Shown: positions 33,493-41,299 of the stretch, piece after piece | How positions within the stretch are numbered: position 1 is the first letter of the stretch | Layout: each line of letters starts with the position of its first letter | From: Candidatus Staskawiczbacteria bacterium RIFOXYB1_FULL_37_44 | GTDB lineage: Bacteria; Patescibacteriota; Minisyncoccia; Minisyncoccales; Staskawiczbacteraceae | Assembly (NCBI GenBank): GCA_001822065.1 | Contig: MHPJ01000009.1 | Location: 38,663-83,342 of the forward strand | Length of the DNA: 44,680 bases | Reading direction: 5' to 3' | Position numbers and translations under genes: made by a program | The notes under the pieces: model-generated | What the model was told of the DNA's origin: nothing | Seen by the model: only the letters and a program-made list of their open reading frames with translations | Database searches by the model: none

Positions 33493-33524
33493 AAAGCCCA
33501 ACGGTTTCCGTTCGGGCTTTTTTA
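33493..33524 (+). terminator. Rho-independent terminator
   Basis: AAGCCCAACGG pairs with CCGTT(C)GGGCTT (one bulge), followed by TTTTTT. Confidence 0.65.
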
Positions 33525-33535
33525 TTGTGCGACAA
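33520..33535 (+). repeat. 16-nt motif TTTTATTGTGCGACAA, copy 2
   Basis: Identical to 32307-32322, and again placed immediately 3' of a terminator hairpin. Confidence 0.8.
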
Positions 33536-33612
33536 ATGTGAAAATAGCAACTGTGGATAAGTCAGGCTAAAACGGCGATTTTACGACTATTTTTAATGGA
33601 ATATTAATACTG

Positions 33613-33676
33613 TTGACAGCATACTATAAAGTGGAGTATAAATAATATAAAGTGGAAGTAAGTGGATAACTGTGGG
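33613..33676 (+). promoter_or_regulatory. mraZ promoter with phased GTGG(A/G) repeats (candidate MraZ boxes)
   Basis: TTGACA (33613-33618), 18-nt spacer, TATAAA (33637-33642). GTGGA occurs at 33652 and 33662, and GTGGG at 33672, exactly 10 nt apart. An extra GTGGA lies at 33631. Confidence 0.55.
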
Positions 33677-33682
33677 TAAAAC

Positions 33683-34114
33683 ATGTTAATAGGACAATAC
33701 GAACATACAATTGATACTAAAAAGCGTTTGGCTTTGCCTGCGAAATTTAGAGGCGAGCTGGGCGACAAAGTTATAATCACAAGAGGAATTGAGGGCTGTC
33801 TTGCGGTATATACAGAAATGGAGTGGAAAATTATGTCAGATAAGCTTGGGGCTTTAACAATTAGCCAGGCAGAAGCAAGGTCTTTTACCAGAATGATTTT
33901 GGCAGGAGCTATGGAGGTCTCGCTTGATAAGCTGGGCAGAATATTGGTGCCAGATTACTTAAAAGATTATGCGGGCTTGAAAAAAAATGTGGTAATTTGC
34001 GGATTGTCAAATCGCCTTGAAATTTGGGATTCTGAAAAATGGGAAAAATACAAAAAGGAAGCTGAGAAAGGTGTGGACGAGATTGTTTCTAAATTGGGAA
34101 GTCTTGGAATTTAA
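33683..34114 (+). CDS. mraZ: Transcriptional regulator MraZ
   Basis: MLIGQYEHTIDTKKRLALPAKFR and a second SpoVT/AbrB-like repeat, LDKLGRILVPDYL. Confidence 0.9.
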   Translation: MLIGQYEHTIDTKKRLALPAKFRGELGDKVIITRGIEGCLAVYTEMEWKIMSDKLGALTISQAEARSFTRMILAGAMEVSLDKLGRILVPDYLKDYAGLKKNVVICGLSNRLEIWDSEKWEKYKKEAEKGVDEIVSKLGSLGI

Positions 34115-34145
34115 AAATTGAAAAATTTAAAAATTTAAAAATTTA

Positions 34146-35024
34146 GTGATACACACAGCTGTTTTAAAAAAAGAAGTTTTAGAATATTTAGACCCAAAGC
34201 AAAACGAAAATTTTGTTGATTGCACAGTGGGCGAGGGAGGGCATTCTGAAGATATTTTAAATAGTACAGGCCCGAATGGAAAAGTTTTGGGTATTGATTT
34301 AGACCCCCAGCAAATTGTGTATAGCCATTGGCTAGAAGCAATTTATAAAGACAGAGTGGTTTTGACAAACGATTCCTACACAAATTTAAAAGAAATTATT
34401 GAAAGGAAAAATTTTGGCCCAGTTTCCGGAATTCTGCTTGATTTGGGAATGTCTTCGGCCCAGCTGGAAGGTACGCACAAGGGATTTTCTTTTCAGGTGG
34501 ACCAGGGTCTGGATATGCGATACAACGATTTGACCGGATATTTGACAGCAGAAAAAATTGTAAACGAATATCCGGAAGAAAAAATTGAGGAAATTTTACG
34601 GGACTACGGAGAAGAAAAATTTTCAAAGAAAATTGCAAAAAATATTGTTGAACAGCGTAAACAGGGGAGAATAAAAACCACGTTCCAGTTAATAGAAATA
34701 ATAAAAGACGCAACGCCAAGCGTGTATTGGCGGGGTAAAATACACTATGCCACCAGAACATTTCAAGCTTTACGGATTGCGGTAAATGACGAATTGGAAA
34801 ATATAAAAAGGGTTTTGCCGCAGGCGCTTTCTGTTTTACAGCCACAAGGAAGATTAGTTGTGATATCTTTCCACTCGCTGGAAGACAGAATTGTAAAAGA
34901 TTTTTTCAAAAAAAATAAATTATTTAAAATATTAACTAAAAAACCGGTTACAGCAGGCCGAGACGAACTTGGCAAAAATCCAAGATCGCGATCAGCTAAA
35001 TTGCGAGCTGTAATAAAGATATAA
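34146..35024 (+). CDS. rsmH: 16S rRNA (cytosine1402-N4)-methyltransferase RsmH
   Basis: GTG start. HTAVLKKEVLEYL, DCTVGEGGHS, LLDLGMSSAQL, FSF, DMRY, ISFHSLEDRIVK and RSRSAKLR. Confidence 0.9.
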   Translation: MIHTAVLKKEVLEYLDPKQNENFVDCTVGEGGHSEDILNSTGPNGKVLGIDLDPQQIVYSHWLEAIYKDRVVLTNDSYTNLKEIIERKNFGPVSGILLDLGMSSAQLEGTHKGFSFQVDQGLDMRYNDLTGYLTAEKIVNEYPEEKIEEILRDYGEEKFSKKIAKNIVEQRKQGRIKTTFQLIEIIKDATPSVYWRGKIHYATRTFQALRIAVNDELENIKRVLPQALSVLQPQGRLVVISFHSLEDRIVKDFFKKNKLFKILTKKPVTAGRDELGKNPRSRSAKLRAVIKI

Positions 35025-35028
35025 TAAT

Positions 35029-35364
35029 ATGACAACTACAGTATTAAATTTATCAAAAGTTAGCTTTCCTGAAATTAAAATAAGCTGGAAAATAGTTTGC
35101 TTTGCCGGCCTTTTTGCAAGTTTGTGCCTTTTGGTTTTTTATGTTTGGCAAATTAACGATTTGACAAAAGGGTCTTATTTGGTAAACACTTACGAAAACC
35201 AAATCAGCAAACTGTCATATGAAAATAAAAATTTGGAAGTTTCTTTTGCGGAAAGCAGCTTTTTGGGAAGCACCCTTGAAAAAATCCAGGCAATGAATTT
35301 TCAAAAAACAACTTCGGTAAAATATATACAAATTCCAGATAATTCAGTTGCAATTAAGAGATGA
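35029..35364 (+). CDS. ftsL: FtsL-like division protein
   Basis: A single TM segment plus a coiled coil (NQISKLSYENKNLEV). The call rests mainly on its position between rsmH and ftsI. Confidence 0.5.
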   Translation: MTTTVLNLSKVSFPEIKISWKIVCFAGLFASLCLLVFYVWQINDLTKGSYLVNTYENQISKLSYENKNLEVSFAESSFLGSTLEKIQAMNFQKTTSVKYIQIPDNSVAIKR

Positions 35365-37088
35365 AAAAGTTTGCGAATTGGAGGGTAAATACGGTTTCAA
35401 TTTTAATTTTTCTTTTCGGGGCAGCTGTGGTCAGCCGCCTGTTTTTTCTTCAAATTGTAGAACGCAAGCTTTTTGAGGCGCAAGCCTTGGGACAGCAAGT
35501 CGGCTTTTCAAGTATTACCGGTTCTCGCGGAGAAATTTTGTGCGAAAATAGCCAGGAAACAAAAGGGAAAAAGGGATCGGGCGAAGTTAAAAGTTTGGCA
35601 ATAAACAAAGATAGCTGGACAATTTCCGCAAATGTAAGCCAAATTCCAAACAAAGAATCTTTTGCTGAAATTCTCAGCAAAAATGTTAGCGAGACAAAAG
35701 AACAGATACTTTCAGAAATAAACGGCGCCGATTTATATGTTGTTTTAAAAAGAGATTTGCTGGTCAGTGAAATAGATAAAATAAAATTGCTTAATTTAAA
35801 GGGTTTGTCGTGGCAAAACACGCCCGAAAGGTTTTATCCTCAAGGAAATCTATCCTCGCAGGCTCTTGGATTTTTGGGCGGAGAGGGAGCTGGTCAATAC
35901 GGCGTTGAAGGCTATTATGACGAAATTTTAAAAGGCAAATCAGGAGTTAAAGAAGAAAAATCCGGCTTAGGCTCAATTTTTTCCGATTCAAGTCAAATTT
36001 CTTTGGACGGCTCTGATATTTATTTGACCATAGATTACAATATACAATTTCAGGCGGAAGCTTTGTTAAAAAAAGTAAAAGAAAAATTGGACATTGAATC
36101 CGGGCAGATAATTGTAATGAAACCCGATTCAGGCAGAATTCTGGCTATGGCTAATTTCCCGAGTTTTGATTTGAATAGTTTTTCAAAAGAAAAAGATTTG
36201 GGAATTTTTCAGAACAGCGCCGTGCAAAAACTTTTTGAGCCCGGCTCCATAATGAAACCTTTTACAATGGCTTCGGCTTTAAATGAAGGAAAGATAACTC
36301 CTGACTCAACCTATGTTGACACAGGATCCTTAAAATATGGAATATACACCATACATAATTTTGCCAATGAAGTTTATGATAAACAGACGATGACGCAAGT
36401 TTTGGAGAATTCAATAAATACCGGAGCGGTTTTTGCGCAAGAGCAAATTCCGCATAATATTTTTTTAGATTATTTGGATAAATTCGGATTTTTTGAAAAA
36501 ACCGGAATTGATTTGCAAGGCGAAGTTTACTCGCGCAATGATTTATTGAAAAATGGCTCTAATATTAACTTTGCCACGGCTTCTTTCGGGCAGGGAATTG
36601 AACTGACTCCAATTCAAATTGCAACGGGATTTTGCGCCATTGCAAACGGAGGAAAATTGGTAAAACCGTATATTGTTGAAAAAATTGTAAACGGAAAAGA
36701 TGAGTCAATAACAAAGCCTGAAATTTCCCAGCCCATTGTTTCCCAGCAGACAATTTCAAACCTAACTTCAATGTTAATTAACGTTGTTGATAAAGGGTTT
36801 AACAGCGTTGCAAAAGTTCCAGGATATTATTTGGCCGGTAAAACCGGAACCGCCCAAGTTCCGCTAAAAAATGGAAAGGGATACGAACCGGATAAAACAA
36901 TTCAAAGTTTTGTGGGTTATGGACCAGCATTTAACCCGCAATTTTTAATATTGGTTAAACTTGATAATCCAAAAGTTCCGAAGTCATCTTTATCAGCAGT
37001 TCCGGTTTTTAAGGAATTGGCGCAATATATAATAAATTACTGGAAAATCCCGCCAGACTACGATCCGGCAAAAATAGACAAAAAGTAA
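35361..37088 (+). CDS. ftsI: Class B penicillin-binding protein (FtsI/PBP2-type transpeptidase)
   Basis: An N-terminal TM segment and a PBP dimer domain. EPGSIMKPF gives SxxK, ENSINT gives SxN, and AGKTGTA gives KTG. Confidence 0.85.
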   Translation: MKKFANWRVNTVSILIFLFGAAVVSRLFFLQIVERKLFEAQALGQQVGFSSITGSRGEILCENSQETKGKKGSGEVKSLAINKDSWTISANVSQIPNKESFAEILSKNVSETKEQILSEINGADLYVVLKRDLLVSEIDKIKLLNLKGLSWQNTPERFYPQGNLSSQALGFLGGEGAGQYGVEGYYDEILKGKSGVKEEKSGLGSIFSDSSQISLDGSDIYLTIDYNIQFQAEALLKKVKEKLDIESGQIIVMKPDSGRILAMANFPSFDLNSFSKEKDLGIFQNSAVQKLFEPGSIMKPFTMASALNEGKITPDSTYVDTGSLKYGIYTIHNFANEVYDKQTMTQVLENSINTGAVFAQEQIPHNIFLDYLDKFGFFEKTGIDLQGEVYSRNDLLKNGSNINFATASFGQGIELTPIQIATGFCAIANGGKLVKPYIVEKIVNGKDESITKPEISQPIVSQQTISNLTSMLINVVDKGFNSVAKVPGYYLAGKTGTAQVPLKNGKGYEPDKTIQSFVGYGPAFNPQFLILVKLDNPKVPKSSLSAVPVFKELAQYIINYWKIPPDYDPAKIDKK

Positions 37089-37116
37089 TTTTTATGTTAA
37101 ATTGAATTTGCAATTG

Positions 37117-37191
37117 GCTCCCATCGTCTAGCCCGGTTTAGGACGCGCCCCTCTCACGGGCGCAACGCCGGTTCAAATCCGGCTGGGAGCA
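37117..37191 (+). tRNA. tRNA-Glu (anticodon CTC), no encoded CCA
   Basis: GCTCCCA-TC-GTC-TAGCCCGGTTTAG-GAC-G-CGCCC-CTCTCAC-GGGCG-CAAC-GCCGG-TTCAAAT-CCGGC-TGGGAGC-A. The architecture matches E. coli tRNA-Glu, including the 3-bp D stem. Confidence 0.85.
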
Positions 37192-37207
37192 CAAATTTTG
37201 CAAATTT

Positions 37208-37888
37208 ATGGATAAAGAAAATGCAAAGAAAATTTTGAAAATTGCTGTGGCAGTATATCTGGCGAGTTTTTTGATTATAAACTGGAATGATGTTTCGTGG
37301 ATTTTTAATTACAAAGAAGTTTCGGGCTTAGTAAGCGATTTTTTCAATCCCTATCCTTCAATAGACGCAAATGCCATCACTCCTTATTTTTATCCAAACC
37401 ATAGCCAGGAAATGTCTGTGCCGGTTTTAAGAGAAATAAAAACAAATTATACAGACAAACAAAATACGCTTGAAATTCCAAAATTATCCATTTCAGTTCC
37501 AATAATTTTTTCAGACAGCGCAGATAAAGATTTATTAACAAAAGATTTGAATAAAGGCGTTGTTTTTTATCCTGGGTCTGTGTATCCCGGTCAGCAGGGT
37601 CAGATTATTATTTTAGGGCATTCTGCTCCTCCCGGTTGGCCAAAAATAAAATACGATTGGGTTTTTACGAATTTAGATAAGCTGGCCGCCGGCGATACAA
37701 TTTCAATTGATTTAAACAGCAAGCAATACACATACACAGTAAAACAGAAAACAATAATTAAACGGGGTGCGGATGTTCCGCAAGATAATTTAAATGCAGA
37801 TAATAATATTTTAACATTAATTAGCTGCTGGCCGCCGGGCAAAGATTACCAAAGGATTACAGTGCAGGCTGAACTTGAGTTAAAATAA
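37208..37888 (+). CDS. Sortase family transpeptidase
   Basis: An N-terminal TM segment, the His motif IIILGHSAPPGW, the catalytic LTLISCWPPG (TLxTC-like), and Arg in QRITVQAEL. Confidence 0.8.
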   Translation: MDKENAKKILKIAVAVYLASFLIINWNDVSWIFNYKEVSGLVSDFFNPYPSIDANAITPYFYPNHSQEMSVPVLREIKTNYTDKQNTLEIPKLSISVPIIFSDSADKDLLTKDLNKGVVFYPGSVYPGQQGQIIILGHSAPPGWPKIKYDWVFTNLDKLAAGDTISIDLNSKQYTYTVKQKTIIKRGADVPQDNLNADNNILTLISCWPPGKDYQRITVQAELELK

Positions 37889-37911
37889 AATTATTAAGGT
37901 AAAATATATTT

Positions 37912-38748
37912 ATGGCAGATAAATATAACGCAGTTTGGGTTTCACATTCGTCAATCGGCGACTTTTTAAAATGTCCGCGGCTTTATTTTTTGCGCAATGT
38001 TTATAAAAATGAAAAAGGCAGGAAAATAAACATAACTTCGCCTTCGCTTTCTTTGGGAATTGCGGTGCATGAAACTTTGGAAGGGCTTTCAAAATACAAA
38101 GCAGAAGACAGGTTTAAAAAATCTTTAGAAGAAGTTTTTGAGGAGCAATGGAAAAAAGTTTCCGGCAAGCAAGGCGGATTTAAAAACGATCAAGAAGAAA
38201 AAGAAGCAAAAAAGCGCGGAAGGGTAATGGTTTTAAGAGTTGAAAAAAATCCCGGGCCTTTGGCTAAAAAAACAATAAAACTCGCCCTTGCAAACAACGC
38301 TATGCCCCCGAATTTTTTCTTGTCTGAAAAAGAAAATATTATTTTGAACGGAAAAATTGACTGGTTAGAATATATTGAACAAGATGACAGCATACGCGTA
38401 ATTGATTTTAAAACCGGCAAAAATGAAGAAAAAGAAGGTTCGCTTCAGCTGCCAATTTACCTTTTGCTTTTGAATAATTTGCAGAAAAGAAAAGTTTCTG
38501 GAGCTGCTTATTGGTATTTAGAGCGCGACGAAAAACCTGTTTTGGTTAATTTACCTGATGCGAAAAAAGCTTATGAAGACGTGCTTGAAATAGCAAAAAA
38601 AATTAAACAAGCCAGAGAAAAAAAAGAATTTAATTGTAAAAAAGGTTCTGAGGGATGCTTTGCCTGCCGGCCGTTCGAAAAAATATTAAAGGGCGAGGCG
38701 GAATTTATTGGAGTTGGGGGATACGGCCAAGAAATGTATATTGTATGA
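37912..38748 (+). CDS. PD-(D/E)XK nuclease with a four-Cys (Cas4/AddB-type Fe-S) signature
   Basis: An N-terminal SSIGDFLKCPRLYFL, GIAVHETLE, the core VIDFKTGK, and a C-terminal CKKGSEGCFACRPF (Cx6Cx2C) that pairs with the N-terminal Cys. Confidence 0.6.
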   Translation: MADKYNAVWVSHSSIGDFLKCPRLYFLRNVYKNEKGRKINITSPSLSLGIAVHETLEGLSKYKAEDRFKKSLEEVFEEQWKKVSGKQGGFKNDQEEKEAKKRGRVMVLRVEKNPGPLAKKTIKLALANNAMPPNFFLSEKENIILNGKIDWLEYIEQDDSIRVIDFKTGKNEEKEGSLQLPIYLLLLNNLQKRKVSGAAYWYLERDEKPVLVNLPDAKKAYEDVLEIAKKIKQAREKKEFNCKKGSEGCFACRPFEKILKGEAEFIGVGGYGQEMYIV

Positions 38749-40058
38749 AGCAAAATAACATTTTAGAAAATTCGGGGTTTTGGATTTTAGGAATTTTTTC
38801 TGCAACACCCCTATTACTGTGGATTTTTACGGCTCCTTTAATACCGCAAATTTCTAATTTGAATGTTTTAATAATAAGCATGGGAAACGTTGCCGGGCTT
38901 TGCGGATTTGCAATGTTTTCTTTAGTTATAATTTTATCCTCGCGCCTGAAAATTTTCGACAAACTTTTTAGGGGTATAAACGAGTCATACACGGTTCATC
39001 ACACTTTGGGTGGATTGGCATTTTGCTTATTGTTGTTCCATCCTTTGCTTTTGGCATTCGGATATTTTTCTACTTCTTTTAAAGGCATGGCGCAATTTTT
39101 ACTGCCTGGCGCGTATTGGTCGCAAAACTTTGGAATAATAGGGCTTTCTTTAATGATTGCCGCGCTTGTAATAACTTTTTATGCAAAATTAAAATACCAG
39201 ATTTGGAAATTTACCCATAAATTTATGGGGGTTGCTTTTATTTTTGCATTTTTGCACACTTTTTTAATTGGAAGCGACGTGGCATCAAATCAGCCTCTAA
39301 AAATTTATTTGTTTATTTTGGGGATTGCTGCGATAATAGCTTATTTTTATCGGACGCTTTTTCCAAATTTTTTGGTGCAAACCTATGGCTACGCGGTAAA
39401 AAATGTTAAGGCTTTTGAAGATAAAATATGGGAAATAGAATTTGCGCCGGCCGGCGGAAATAAAATAAGTTTTAACGCAGGGCAATTTGCTTTTATTAAA
39501 TTTTACAGCAAAGCATTGTCAAAAGAGCTTCATCCGTTTTCCTTCAGTTCGGCTCCCGGCCAGCCCTTGAGAATCGCCATAAAAGAATCGGGCGACTATA
39601 CAAATAAAATAAGCGGCTTAAAAGCCGGAGATTTTGCAAAATTTGAAGGGCCTTTTGGAGTTTTTAATTTTCAGAAATATTCAAATAAAAAGCAAATTTG
39701 GATTGCCGGAGGAGTTGGCATTACTCCATTTTTAAGCATGTTGAGGAGCTTGCCAGTAAAAGATTCAGATTATAAAATTGATTTGTATTATTCCGCGAAA
39801 AACGAAAATTGTTTTGCGTTTAAGCGGGAAATTGAGGAAATTTCACGGGCAAGTAAAAATTTAAACGTTAAATTTTGGGATACATCAAAAGAAAAATTTA
39901 TTAGCGCCGATGCCATATGCAAAACAACGCAAGATTTTTTGGATAGAGATATTTTTGTTTGTGGTCCTCCTGTTTTGATGCAATCGCTGAAAACCCAATT
40001 TTTAAAATTTGGTTTTTTTAAAAAAAATATACACATAGAAGAATTCCAGCTATATTAA
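38745..40058 (+). CDS. NOX/ferric-reductase-like flavocytochrome (6-TM heme domain plus FAD and NAD(P)H domains)
   Basis: The ATG at 38745 overlaps the upstream stop (ATGA). Two His pairs are spaced 13 residues apart (HHTLGGLAFCLLLFH and HKFMGVAFIFAFLH). HPFSFSS marks FAD binding and IAGGVGITP marks NAD(P)H binding, with a C-terminal FVCGPP. Confidence 0.8.
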   Translation: MKQNNILENSGFWILGIFSATPLLLWIFTAPLIPQISNLNVLIISMGNVAGLCGFAMFSLVIILSSRLKIFDKLFRGINESYTVHHTLGGLAFCLLLFHPLLLAFGYFSTSFKGMAQFLLPGAYWSQNFGIIGLSLMIAALVITFYAKLKYQIWKFTHKFMGVAFIFAFLHTFLIGSDVASNQPLKIYLFILGIAAIIAYFYRTLFPNFLVQTYGYAVKNVKAFEDKIWEIEFAPAGGNKISFNAGQFAFIKFYSKALSKELHPFSFSSAPGQPLRIAIKESGDYTNKISGLKAGDFAKFEGPFGVFNFQKYSNKKQIWIAGGVGITPFLSMLRSLPVKDSDYKIDLYYSAKNENCFAFKREIEEISRASKNLNVKFWDTSKEKFISADAICKTTQDFLDRDIFVCGPPVLMQSLKTQFLKFGFFKKNIHIEEFQLY

Positions 40059-40171
40059 TTATGAAAATAAAAAATATTGTTACTGCTTCCTTAATAATTT
40101 TTATAACCGCAGTTATTGTAATATTTTTTTATGCATTGTAAAATAAAATTAAATAAAATTAAGTAAAAAAT

Positions 40172-40645
40172 ATGAGCAAAAATGCAACAATAATTTTCGC
40201 AATAGCAGTAATAATAATTATAGCATTGGCAATATATTTTGTTTTGCCAAAAATTAATAATATGCCTTCAACATCAACAGCATCGTTATCTGAACAAAGC
40301 CCTTTAAGTTTTGATATTCAAGGAATGAAAGTTGAAATTTTAAAACAGGGAACAGGAGAAGCCGCAAAAGCCGGTGATTATGCGACAGTAAATTATGTGG
40401 GAACTCTTTTAGACGGTAAAAAATTTGATTCATCAATTGACCGCGGCCAGCCGTTTTCACTCACGCTTGGACAAAACAGCGTAATTCAAGGCTGGGAGCT
40501 TGGGCTTGTGGGAATGAAAATTGGAGAAAAAAGAAAATTGACAATTCCTCCGCAATTAGCTTATGGCTCGCAGGGAGCGGGCGGAGTAATTCCTCCAAAC
40601 GCAACTCTTATTTTTGAAATAGATATGCTAAAAATTGGAAAATAA
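40172..40645 (+). CDS. Membrane-anchored FKBP-type peptidyl-prolyl isomerase
   Basis: An N-terminal TM segment, then GDYATVNYVGTLLDGKKFDSS, FSLTLGQNSVIQGWELGLVGMKIGEKRKLTIPPQLAYG and IPPNATLIFEIDML. Confidence 0.85.
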   Translation: MSKNATIIFAIAVIIIIALAIYFVLPKINNMPSTSTASLSEQSPLSFDIQGMKVEILKQGTGEAAKAGDYATVNYVGTLLDGKKFDSSIDRGQPFSLTLGQNSVIQGWELGLVGMKIGEKRKLTIPPQLAYGSQGAGGVIPPNATLIFEIDMLKIGK

Positions 40646-40711
40646 AAACAGGACCAAGTTTAAAAAATCGTCCTAAGCCGGGCTTTTTTTAATGTATTTG
40701 CAATGAAATAA

Positions 40712-41290
40712 TTGGAAAATAAATCCGTGGATGATATTTTGGAAGATACTTTTAACCGAGAAACAATTGTCCTTGGAGGAGGGTGTTTTTGGTGTACTGA
40801 AGCTGTTTTCAAAATGTTAAAAGGAATTATTTCTGTGGAGCCAGGATACGCCGGAGGGAGCGCAGAAAATCCGGTTTATGAAGAAGTTTGCGCGGGGAAA
40901 ACCGGCCACGCCGAAGTTGTCAAAATAGAATTTGATCCGCGGATAATTTCTTTTAAAAACATACTTACAGTATTTTTTGCAGTTCACGATCCTGCAACAA
41001 TCAATCGGCAAGAAAACGACGTGGGAGAGCAATACAGATCGATTATTTTGTATACAACTGAAGCGCAAAAGAAAACTTCAAAAAAATTTATTGAAAAACT
41101 CAACAAGTCAAGCAGAATTGGCAAGCCAATTGTTACGGAAGTGAGAAGTTTGGATGTTTTTTATCCGGCGGAAACAAGCCATAAAAATTATTACAAAAAT
41201 CGTCCGAATGAAGCATATTGCCAGGTTGTTATAAATCCAAAACTTTCGGCTGTGCAGGAAAAATTTGCAAAATTGCTTAAAAATATTTAG
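40712..41290 (+). CDS. msrA: Peptide methionine (S)-S-oxide reductase MsrA
   Basis: LGGGCFWCTEAVF, GYAGG, VCAGKTGHAEVVKIEFDP, FFAVHDP, GEQYRS. The start is uncertain: TTG at 40712 or the in-frame GTG at 40727. Confidence 0.9.
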   Translation: MENKSVDDILEDTFNRETIVLGGGCFWCTEAVFKMLKGIISVEPGYAGGSAENPVYEEVCAGKTGHAEVVKIEFDPRIISFKNILTVFFAVHDPATINRQENDVGEQYRSIILYTTEAQKKTSKKFIEKLNKSSRIGKPIVTEVRSLDVFYPAETSHKNYYKNRPNEAYCQVVINPKLSAVQEKFAKLLKNI

Positions 41291-41299
41291 AATGGTTAA

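Noticed and set aside
31962-33535. Integron-like gene cassettes, with the hairpins after each GC-rich gene acting as attC sites
   Set aside because: The hairpins are simple perfect or near-perfect terminator stems followed by T runs. They lack the RYYYAAC/GTTRRRY cores and extrahelical bases of attC. No intI gene or attI site is present.
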